From the NCBI GenBank assembly GCA_009914755.4, contig CP068257.2, forward strand, positions 512,001-576,000: a stretch of 64,000 nt of DNA, in the 5' to 3' direction. The notes beneath the pieces were generated by a model. The model did no database searches. It saw only the letters and a program-made list of their open reading frames with translations, and was not told where the DNA came from. The stretch is from the human T2T-CHM13v2.0 reference genome, Homo sapiens. Position numbers and translations under genes: made by a program. Below are positions 39,401 to 55,700 of this stretch, piece after piece. How positions within the stretch are numbered: position 1 is the stretch's first letter; every line of letters starts with the position of its first letter.

Positions 39401-41234
39401 ATTGTGACATATTTCTGCACTGATCACCCAGGTGACGGACTCCTGTCTTGGATCTGCCTATGGGGGCATTGTGACATATCTCTGCACTGATCACACAGGT
39501 GATGTAACTGTTGTATAAGCTCTGCCTACAGAATTGTGAGAGATCTCCTCACTTATCGCTCAATTGATGTAACTCTTGTCTAGGGTTTGCCTAAAGGGGG
39601 CTTTGTGACATACCTTTTCACTGATCACCCAGGTGATGTAACTCATCTAAGTTCTGCCTACAGAAGCTTTCTGAGATATCGCTGCACTGATCACTTAGGT
39701 GATGTAACACTTTTATAAGCACTGCCTACAGAGAATTTTGACAAATCTCTGCACTGATAACCTAGGTGATGTAACTCTATTCTAGGATCTGCCTACAGGG
39801 TGCTTTGTGGCATATCCCTGCAATGATCACCCAGGTGATGTACCACTTCTCAAGGCTCTGCCTACAGGGACATTGCGAAGTATCTCTGCACTGATCTCCG
39901 AGGTCATGTAACTCTTGTCCACTCTCTGCCTATAGGGGGCATTGTGAAATATCTCTGCACTGATCACCCAGGTGTTGGGACTCTTCTCTATACTCTGCCT
40001 ATAGGGGGATTTGTGACATATCTCTGCACTCATCACCCACGTGATGGAAGACTTGTCTGGTCTCTGTCTATGGTGGCATTGTGTCAAATATCTGCACTGA
40101 TCACCCAGGTGATGTAACTCTTGTCTAGGCTCTGTCTACTGGGATTTGTGTGACATATCACTGCACTGATCACCTAGATGATGTAAGCCTTTTTTAGGTT
40201 TGCCTACAGAAGGCTTTGTGACATATCTATGCACAGATCTCTGAGGTGATGCTACTCTTGTCTAGGCACTGCCTACAGGGGACATTGGTACATATCTCTG
40301 CACTGATCACCCAGGTGATGGACACTTGTCTTAGATCTGCCTACATGGACATTGTGACACATCTCTGAACTGATCAACCAAGTGATGAAATTCTTGTCTA
40401 GGCTCTGCCTACAGGGCCTTTGTGACACATCTCTGCACTGATCACCCTGGGGAGGGAACTCTTGTCTACGCTCTGCCTACAGGAGGCTTTATAACTTTTA
40501 CCTGCACTGATAACCCAGGTGATGTATCACTTGTCTAGGCTCTGTCTACACGGGAATTCTCACATATCTCTGCACTGATCACCCGGGTGATGTAATTCCT
40601 TTCTAGGTTCAGCCTACAGGAGCGTTTTGACATATGTCTGCACTGATCACCCAGATGATGTAACCCTTGTCTAAGCTCTGCCTACAGGGGCATTGTGACG
40701 GATCTCTACACTGCTCACCCAGGTGATGTAACAATTGTCTGGGCTTTGCCTACAGGGGGCTTTGTGATATACATTTCCACTGATCAAACAGGTGATGTAA
40801 CCCTTGTCAAGGTTCTGCTTACAGGGGCTTTGTGACATATCTCTACACTGATCACCCCAGGGAGGAAACACTTGTCTACTCTATGTCTACAGGAGACTTT
40901 ACGACTTATCCCTGCACTGATCACTAGGTGATATAACACTTGTCTAGGATCTGTCTGCACGGGAATTTTCACATATAGCTACATTGATCACCTAAGTGAT
41001 GTAACCCTTGTTTACGTTCAGCCTACTGGGGATTTCTGACATACCTATGCACTGATCAACGAGTTGATGTATATCATTTCCAGGCTTTTTGTACAGGGGA
41101 CATTGTGATATATCTCTGCACTGATCACCCAAATGATGCAAATCTTCTCTAGGCTCCGCACGGAGGAGGCATTGTGACATATTTCTGTACTGATCATCCA
41201 GGAGATTTAACTATTCTCCAGGCTTTGACTAAAG
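33426..41234. repeat. Beta-satellite spacer between units 4 and 5 (7.8 kb, the longest). It contains an internal duplication of about 3.6 kb of satellite.
   Basis: The post-unit landmark peptide-coding block (MQ.YVT.SPVGRDQARV...) occurs twice, at 34187-34390 and 37798-37995. The pre-unit landmark is at 40671-40871. Confidence 0.85.
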
Positions 41235-44007
<2,773 letters not shown>

Positions 44008-47000
44008 CATCTCTGAACGGATCAACAAAGTGAAGTAAGTCTTGTCTAGACTCTGCCTACAGGGGCTTTGTGATGTATCTCTGCACTGATCACCCAGGTG
44101 ATGGGACATTTGTCTAGGCTCTGCCTATGACAGCATTGTGACATATCTCTACACTGACCACCAAGGTGATGTGAATCTTTTGTTGGATCTGCCTCTGGGG
44201 GCATTGTGATATATTTCTGCACTGATCATCCAGGTGATGGGACTCTAGTCTAGGCTCTGTGTATGGGGCTTTGTGACATACCTTTGCACTGACCACCCAG
44301 GTGATGTAACTCATCTAAGTTCTGCCTACAGGAGCTTTGTGACATATCTCTGCACTGATCACTTAGGTGATGTAACACTTTTATAATCACTGCCTACAGG
44401 GAATTTTGACAAATCTCTGCACTGATCACCTAGGTGATGTAACTCTTGTCTGCCCTCTGCCCAAAGGGGCATTGTGAAATGTCTCTGAACTGATCACCCA
44501 GGTGATTCAACTCCTGTGTAGGATCTGCCTACAGCGGCGTTTTCACATATCCCTGAAATGATGACAAAGGTGATGTAACTCTTGCCTAGGCTTTCCCTAC
44601 AGGGCACATTGTGACATATCTCTGCACTGATCACCCAGGTGATATAACTCTTCTCTAGGATCTGACCACAGGGTGCTTTGTGATATATCACTTCACTGAT
44701 CACCCAGGTGATGCAGCTCTTCTCTATGCTCTGCCTCCAGGGGTCATTGTGATATACCTCTTCACTGATCACCCAGGTGATGTAACTCTTGTCTAGGTTC
44801 TGCTTACAAGGGGTATTGTGACATATCTCTGCACTGATCACCTAAGTGATGTAACACTTGTGTAAGCTATGCCTACAGGGGCATTTAGACATATCTCTGC
44901 ACTGTTAACCGAGGTGACGTAACTCTTGTCTAGGCTGTGCCCACAGGGTGATTAAGACATATCTCTGCACTGATCCCGAGGTGATTCAACTCTTGCTTGG
45001 TCTCTGCCTACTGGGGATATTGTGACATATCTCTGCACTGATCTCCCAGGTGCAGTAACTTTATTCTAGGCTCTGGCTACACTACATTGTGACATATCAC
45101 TGCACTGATCATCCAAGTGATATAACTCTTGTCTAGTCTCTGCATGCAGGGTTCTTGTGACATATCTCTGCACTGATCACCCAGGTGATGTAACTGTTGT
45201 ATAAGCCCTGCCTACAGGGGAATTGTGAGAGATCTCGCCACTGATCACCGAAGTGATGTAACTATTGTCTACGCTTTGCCTACAGGGGGCTTTGTGACAT
45301 ACCTTTGCACTGATCACCCAGGTGATGTAACTCATCTAAGTTCTGCCTACAGGAGCTTTCTGACATATCTCTGCACTGATCCCTTAGGTGATGTAACACT
45401 TTTATAAGCACTGCTACAGGGAATTTTGAAAAATCTCTGCACAGAACACCTAGGTGATGTAACTCTTGTCTGCCCTCTGCCCAAAGGGGGCATTGTGAAA
45501 TATCTCTGCACTGATCCACTAGGTGATGTAACTAGTGTCTATGCTCTGCCTACAGGGGCGTTTTCACATATCCCTGAACTGATGACAAAGGTGATGTAAC
45601 TCTTGCCTAGGCTTTGCCTACAGGGGAAATTGTGACATATCTCTGCACTGATAACCCAGGTGATGCAACTCTTGTCTAGGATCTGCCTACAGCAGAATTC
45701 TCACATATCCCTGAACTGTTGACAAAGGTGATGGAACTCTTGCCTAGGCTTTGCCTACAGGGGAAATTGTGACATATCTCTGCACTGATAACCCAGATGA
45801 TGCTACTCTTCTCTATGCTCTGCCTACAGGGGACATTGTGACATATCTCTGCACTGATAACCCAGGTGATGTAACTCTTGTCTAGGCTCTGATTACAGGG
45901 GGTATTGGGATATATCTCTGCACTGATCACCTAAGTGATGTAACACTTGTGTAGGCTCTCCCTACAGGGGCATTTTGACATATCTCTGCACTGTTAACCG
46001 AGGTGATGTAACTCTTCTCAAGGCTGTGCCCACAGTGGGATTGAGACATATCTCTGCACTGATCCCGAGGTGATCCAACTCTTGCCTGGTCTCTGCCTAC
46101 TGGGGACATTGTGACATATCTCTGCACTGATCTCCCAGGTGCAGTAACTTTAGTCTAGGCACTGGCTACACGGCATTGTGACATATCACTGCACTGATCA
46201 CCCAGGTGATATAACTCTTGTCTAAGGTCTGCCTGCAGGGTTCCTGTGACATATCTCTGCACTGATCATCCAGGTGATATAACTCTTCTTTAGGATCTGC
46301 CTACAGGGTGCTTTATGACATATCCCTGCAATGATCACCCAGGTGATATACCCCTTGTCAAGGCTCTGCCTACAGGGGCATTGCGATGTATCTCTGCACT
46401 GATCACCTAGGTCATGTAACTCTTGTCTAGGCTCTGCCTACAGTGGCATTGTGACATATCTCTGCACTGATCATCCAAGTGATGTAACTCTTGTCTAGGA
46501 TCTGCCTAAAGGGACTTTGTGACATAACTCTGCACTGATCATCCAAGTGATGGGGCTTTTGTCTAGGCTCTGCCTAAGGGGGCATTGTGACATATTTCTG
46601 AACTGATCACCCAGGTGACGGACTCTTGTCTTGGATCTGCCTATGGGGGCATTGTGACATATCTCTGCACTGATCACCCAGGTGATGCAAGTGTTGTATA
46701 AGCTGTGCCTACAGGGAAATTGTGAGAGATCTCTCCACTGATCATCCAAGTGATGTAACTATTGTCTAGGCTTTGCCTACATGGGGATTTGTGACATACC
46801 TTTGCACTGATCACACAGGTGATTCAACTCTTGTCTAGGATCTGTCTACAGGGGGTATTGTGAAAAAGCTCTACACTCATCATCTAGGTGATGTAACTGT
46901 TGTCCAGGCTCGGCCTACAGAGGCGTTTCCACATATCCCTTAACTGATGACAAAGGTGATGTAACCCTTGCCTAGACTTTGCCTACAAGGGACATTGTGA

Positions 47001-50000
47001 CATATCACTGCACTGATCACCCAGGTGATGCAACTCTTGTCTAGGATCTGCCTACAGGCGACATTGTGACATATCTCTACACTGATCACCGAGGTGATGC
47101 AACTCTTCTCTATGCTCTGCCTACAGGGGGCATTGTGACATATCTCTGCACTTATCACCAAGGTGATGTACCTCTTTTCTAGTCTCTGCCTACAGAGGGC
47201 CTTGTGACATCACACTGCACGGATCACCCGGGTGATGTAACTCTTGTCTAGGCTCTGCCTATGTGGGCATAGTGACTTACCTCTGCACTGATCACCCAGG
47301 AGATGTGACTCTAGTCTAAGCTTTGCCTAGAGGCACATTGGGACATATCTCTTCACTGATCGCTGAGGTGATGTAAAACTTGTCTAGGCTTTGCCTACTG
47401 TGGGAATTATGACATATCTCTGCACTGATCACCCAGGGAATGTAACTCTTGTCTAGGCTCTGCTTACACGGGGCATTGTGAGATATCTCTGCACTGATCA
47501 CTCAGGTGATGTAACTCTTGTCTAGGCTCTGCCTACAGTGGCATTTTAACATATCACCGCACTGATCACCGAGATGATGTAACTTTTGTATAGACTTCGC
47601 CAATAGGGGGCATTGAGATATATCTCTGCACTGATCATCGAGGTGATGCAACTTTTGTCTGGGATCTGCTTACAGGGGGCATTCTGACATTTCTCTGCCC
47701 TGATCACCCAGGTGATGTAATCTTTGTCTAGGCTCTACCTGCTGCAGACATTGTGACATATCTCCGCACTGATCACCCAGGTGATGTCACTTTTCTCAAG
47801 GATATGGCTACACGGACATTGTGACATGTCACTGCACTGATCACACAGCTGATGTAACACTTTTCTAGGCTCTGGCTACAGGGGGTTTGTGACACATCTC
47901 TGCACTGATCACCCAGGTGATGTAACCCTTGTCTAGGCTCTGCCAAAAGGGGGCATTGTGACATAACTCTGCACTGATCACCCCGGTGATGGGACTCTTG
48001 TCTAGGCTCTGCCTACAGGGGCATTGTGACATATCTCTGCAGTGATCGCGCATGTGATGTAACTCTTGTCTATATCTGCCTACTGGCGGCATTGTGGCAT
48101 ATTTCTGCACTGATCACCCAGGTTATGGACCCTTTTCTTGGATCTGCCTATGGGCCATAGTGACATATCTCTGCACTGATCACTCATGTGATGTAACCCT
48201 TGTGTAAGCTGTGCCTAAAGGGGAATTGTGACAGATATCTCCAGTGATCACCCAGGTGATGTAACAATATTCTGGGATTTGTCTTCTGGGGGCTTTGTGA
48301 CATATCTTTGCACTGATCACCCAGGAGATGAAACTGTTGTCTAGGCTCGGCCTATAGGGGCTTTGTGTCATAAATCTGCACTGATCACCCAGGTGATGTA
48401 ACTCTTATTTAGGCTCTGCCTACAGGGGCTTTGTGATATATCTCTGCACTGATCACCCAGGTGATGTAACTCTTGTCTAGGCTCCACCTACAAGGAGTAT
48501 TGTGACGTATCTCTGCACTGATCACTCATGTGATGTAACTGTTGTCTAGGCTCCACCTACAGGGTGTATTGTGGCGTATCTCTGCAGTGATCACGCTGGT
48601 GATGTAACATTTATCCAGGCGCTGCCTACTGGGGCGCTTTGACATAGCTCTGCACAGATCACCTAGGTTATGTAACTCTTGTCGACTCTCTGCCTACAGG
48701 GGGCATTGTGAAATATCTCTGCACTGATCACCCATGTGATGGGACTCTTCTCTATACTCTGCCTATAGGGGGATTTGTGACATATCTGTGCACTGATCAC
48801 CCAGGTGATGGAAGTCTTGTCTAGGCTCTGTCTATGGGACCATTATGTCAAATATCTGCACTGATCACCCAGGTGATGTAACTCTTGTCTAAGCTCTGTC
48901 TACAGGGATTTTTGTGACATATCACTGCACTGATCACCTAGGTGGTGTAAGCTTTGTATGGGCGTTGCCTACAGAAGGCTTTGTGGCATATCTATGCTCT
49001 GATCTGTGAGGTGATGCATCTCATGCCTAGGCACTGCCTACAGGGGACATTGGTACATATCTCTGCACTGATCACCCAGGTGATGGACCCTTGACTTAGA
49101 TCTGCCTACATGGACATTGTGACACATCTCTGAACTGATCAACCATGTGATGAAACTCTTGTCTAGGATCTGACTACAGGGACTTTGTGACACGTCTCTG
49201 CACTGATCACTCTGGGGAGGGAACTCTTTTCTATGCTCTGCCTTCAGGAGGCTTTACGACTTATACCTGCACTGATAACCTAGGTGATGTAATACTTGTC
49301 TAGACTCTGCCTACACTGGAATTTTCACATATCTCTGCAATGATCACCCAGTTGATGTAACTCCTGTCTAGGTTCAGCCTACAGGAGCGTTTTGACATAT
49401 CTCTGCACTGATCACCCAGGTGATGTAACCCTTGTCTAAGCTGTGCCTACAGGGGCATTGTGACAGATCTCTCCACTGCTCACCCAGGTGATGTAACAAT
49501 TATCTTGGCTTTGCCTACAGGGGGCTTTCTGATATACATTTCCACTGATGAAACAGGTGATGTAACCTTTGTCAAGGTTCTGCTTACAGGGGCTTTGTGA
49601 CATATCTCTGTACTGATCACCCCAGGGTGGAACCACTTTTCTGCACTCCGCCTACAGGAGGCTTTACGACTTATCCCTGCACTGATCACTAGGTGATGTA
49701 ATACTTGTCTAAGCTCTGTCTACACGGGAATTTTCACATATCTCTATACTGATCACCTAAGTGATGTGACCCTTGTCTAGGTTCAGCCTACTGGGGATTT
49801 CTGACATACCTATGCACTGATCACTGAGGTGATGTAAATCATTTCCAGGCTTTCTGTACAGGGGACATTGTGATATATCTCTGCACTTATCACCCAAATG
49901 ATGCAAATGTTTTCTAGACTCCGCAGGGAGGGGGCATTGTGACATATTTCTTAACGGATCATCTAGGAAGATGTAACTATTCTCCAGGCTTTGACTAAAG
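44008..50000. repeat. Beta-satellite spacer between units 5 and 6 (6.0 kb), with an extra segment of about 1.15 kb in the post-unit flank
   Basis: The post-unit landmark is at +1920 (45927-46127) rather than about +765 as elsewhere. There are duplicated blocks near 44494-44841 and 45676-45930. Confidence 0.85.
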
Positions 50001-50692
50001 AGCATCAGAAGGTGTTGGGAGAGCCTCAGCCGGAACTTCAAGGGCACAGAGAGGCCAGCGGGCTCCCTTGCACATCAGCCAGGGTGCCCAATGAGCTCAG
50101 GTCTAGCCAGGAAGCCGGCAAAGAGAGCTAGAGGTCTGCGTTCCGCCGCCAGCTGCTCCATGGTGGCAGCTGGGAGGCTGCAGGGGTACGGGCGGGTCGG
50201 CGACAGTAGCATGGAGGCGCAGAGGAGGCAAGCCACCGAGGGGTGACAGGCCTGGACGCTGCGCGGGCCCAGTGTTTCATGGGATGGGCGTCTCCACCTA
50301 GCCTAGTGGAGGACTCATTTCCTGGGGGTGTGGGGTAGGGGTTGGGTGGGGGTGGTCAGGCGTGGGTGGGTTGGTGGAAAGGCATGAGAGCTCTGTCTGG
50401 GCTGCTCCCACAGCACAGGCGGCTGCCCGCAAAGCCGCGCGTGCACAGTAGGCGGCACACATGCTGGTACCTGTGCCGGCTCTGGGACCCCCGTGATGCC
50501 CAGGAAAGAATGGCAGTTCTCCGCTGTGAGGAGCCTCTCACCCGGCCTAGACCTAGAAGGCAGGAATCCCAGGGCGGTCAGCCCGGTGGAGGGAGCGTGG
50601 GGAAGACACGCCCCTCCATACTCAGCCAGGTGTTCCCCGTGAAAGAGAGGCCACCGCCCTGCCCAGACCCGACCACGACCCCACCCTGCATC

Positions 50693-52131
<1,439 letters not shown>

Positions 52132-52218
52132 TCATGAATGGCGGTGGGCCTTGGGACAGCCCGCCCCACACCGGAATGTTCCCAGGGCTTAGAGGCCTGC
52201 GGCCGGGGATGGTTTCGT

Positions 52219-52233
52219 GGGGGGGGGGGGGGG
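52219..52233. repeat. G15 homopolymer tract (C15 on the DUX4-like sense strand) in the upstream region of unit 6
   Basis: Plus strand gtttcgtggggggggggggggagggcg. The equivalent tract is G7-G8 in units 1 and 2. Confidence 0.8.
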
Positions 52234-52765
52234 AGGGCGTGGTGATGGTGGTCGTGGGGCCAGAGAGACGAAAGGAAGGGGGCGATGGGGAAGGGGTAAG
52301 GGTGCCGCGTTTCGGGGGCTGGATCTCCGGACCTTTCCAGGAATCCCGCGGGAACTGGAAGCCACTCTCTGGGCACCCTCGCATCATCAGCAGGGAGAAA
52401 CCGGCTTGGGACGGTGGAGGGGAGTGTGGAACTGAACCTCTGAGGCAGTCTTGAGTGTTCCAGGCCCTCTCTCCGTGAAGAAGAGTTCCTGTTGGTGTCA
52501 CCGTTGCCGGGACAGTCTCACACGCCCAGGCTTGTGGCTCTCGTTCATTTCCATGTAGGAGACCAGAGTGAGACCCCAGAGAGAAGATGCAACCCGGCGA
52601 GATGGCCTGATGATGGAATCCCGTGTGTGACAACATGGGGAGTCTGCAATGTGGCCGGTTTGGAAACTGGGAAGGAGAGCGAAGGCACCGTGCCGGTCTT
52701 CCACACTTCCCTGCATGTTTCCGGGTGCCCGCAGAGCTCTGGGAGCAAACAGTCAGCATGACACA

Positions 52766-55700
52766 TCTCTGAACTGATCAACAAAGTGATGTAACAATCG
52801 TCTAGGCTCTAACAACAGGGGGTTTGTGACATATCTCTGCACTGATCACCCAGGTGATGGGACTTTTGTTTAGGCTCTGCCTATGGTGGCATTGTGACAT
52901 AGTTCTGCACTGATCACACTGGTGATGGGACACTTGTCTAGGCTCTGTGTATGGGGGCTTTGTGACATATCTCTATACTGATCCCCCAGGTGATGTAACG
53001 CTTGACTAGGCTCTGCCTACGGGGCATAGTGACATATCACTGCATTGATCACCGAGGTGATGTAACTCTTGTCCAGGCTCTGCCTATAGGGGGCCTTGTG
53101 ACATATCTCTGCACTGATCATCTCGGTGATGTAACTCTTACTTATGCTCTGCCTGCAGGGGCATTGTGAAATATGTCTGCACTGATCACCCAGGTGATGG
53201 GACTCTTCTCTAGGCTCTGCCTACTTGGGGCATTGTCACATATTTCTGCACTGATCACCCAGGTGACGGACACTTGCCTTGGATTTGCCTATGGGGGCAT
53301 TGTGACATATCTCTGCACTGATCACCCAGGTGATGTAACTCTGGTCTAAGCTCTGCCTAAATGGGCATTGTGACAAATCTCTGCAATGATCACTCAGGTG
53401 ATGTAACAATTGTCTAGGCTCTGCTTAAAGGGGTCTTGTCACATATCTCTGCACTGATCACCCAGGTGATGTAACACCTGTCTAGGCTCTGCTTACAGGG
53501 GGTATTGTGACATATCTCTGCACTGATCACCTAAGTGATGTAACACTTGTGTAGGCTCTGCCTACAGGGGCATTTTGACATTTCTCTGCACTGTTAACCG
53601 AGGTGATGTAACACTTGTCTAGGCTGTGCCCACAGGGGGATTGAGACATATCTCTGCACTGATCCCGAGGTGATCCAACTCTTGCCTGGTCTCTGTCTAC
53701 TGGGGACATTGTGATATATCTCTGCACTGATCTCCCAAGTGCTGTAACTTTACTCTAGGCTCTGGCTACACGACATTGTGACATATCACTGCACTGATCA
53801 CCGAGGTGATATAACTCTTGTCTAGTCTCTGCCTACAGGGGGCTTGTGACATATATCTGCACTGATCACCCAGGTGATATAACTCTCCTCTAGGCTCTGT
53901 CTACAGGGTGCTTTGTGACATGTCCCTGCACTGATCATCCAGGTGATGGGACTCTTGTCTAGGCTCTGCCAAAAGTGACATTGTGACATATCTCTGCACT
54001 GATCACCCAGGTGATGTAACTCTTTCCCAGGATCTGCTTACAGGGTACTTTGAGACATATCCCTGCAATGATCACCCAGGTGTTGTACCACTTGTCAAGG
54101 CTCTGCCTACAGGTACATTGCGAAGTATTTCTGCAATGATCACCTAGGTCATGTAACTGATTGATGTAACTATTGTCTAGGATCTGCCTAAAGGCACTTT
54201 GTGACATAACTCTGCACTGATCATCCAGGTTATGGGGCTTTTGTCTAGGCTCTGCCTAAGGGGGCATTGTGACATATTTCTGCACTGATAACCCAGGTGA
54301 CGGATTCCTGTCTTGGATCTACCTATGGGAGCATTGTGACATATCTCTGCACTGATCACACAGGTGATGTAACTGTTGTATAAGCTCTGCCTACAGGGGA
54401 ATTGTGAGAGATCTCGCCACTGATCACTCAATTGATGTAACTATTGTCTAGGCTTTGCCTAAAGGTGGCTTTCTGACATACCTTTTCACTGATCACCCTG
54501 GTGATGTAATTCATCTAAGTTCTGCCTACAGGAGCTTTGTGACATATCTCTGCACTGATCACTTAGGTGATGTAACACTTGTATAAGCACTGCCTACAGG
54601 GAATTTTGACAAATCTCCACACTGATAACCTAGGTGATGTAACTCTTTTCTAGGATCTGCCTACAGGGTACTTTGTGACATATCCCTGCAATGATCACCC
54701 AGGTGATGTACCACTTGTCAAGGCTCTGCCTACAGGGACATTGAGATGTATCTCTGCACTGATCACCTAGGTCATGTAACTCTTTTCTAGGCTCTGCCTA
54801 CAGTGGCATTGTGACATATCTCTGCACTGATCATCCAAGTAATGTAACTGTTGTATAAGCTCTGCCTACAGGGGAATTGTGAGAGATCTCTCCACTGATC
54901 ACGCAAGTGATGTAACTATTGTCTAGGCTTTGCCTACAGGGGGCTTTGTGACATACCTTTGCACTGATCACCCAGGTGACGTAACTCATGTAAGTTCTGC
55001 CTACAGGAGCTTTTTGACATATCTCTGTACTGATCACTTAGGTGTTGTGACACTTTTATAATCACTGCCTACAGGGAATTTTGACAAATCTCTGCATCAC
55101 CTAGGTGATGTAACTCTTGTCTACACTCTGCCCAAAGGGGGCATTGTGAAATATCTCTGCACTGATCACAAAGGTGATTCAACTCTTGTGTAGGATCTGC
55201 CTACAGGGGGTATTGTGAGATATCTCCGCACTGATCAACTAGGTGATGTAAATATTGTCTAGGCTCTGCGTACAGGGGCATTTTCACATATCCCTGAACT
55301 GATGACAAAGGTGATGTAACCCTTGCCTTGGCATTGCCTACAGGGGATATTGTGACATACGTCTGCACTGATCACCCAGGTGATGCACCTGTTCTCTATG
55401 CTCTGCCTACAGGGGACATTGTGACATATCTCTGCACTGATCACCCAGGTGATGTCACTTTTCTCAAGGATATGTCTACAGGGACATTGTGATATGTCAC
55501 TGCACTGATCACACAGCTGATGTAACTACTGTGTAGGCTCTGGCTACAGGGGGCTTGTGACACATCTCTGCACTGATCACCCAGGTGATGTAACCTTTGT
55601 CTAGGCTCTGCCAAAAGAGGGCATTATGACATAACTCTCCACTGATCACCCAGGTGATGGGACTCCTGTCTAGGCTAAGCCTACAGGGGCATTGTGACAT

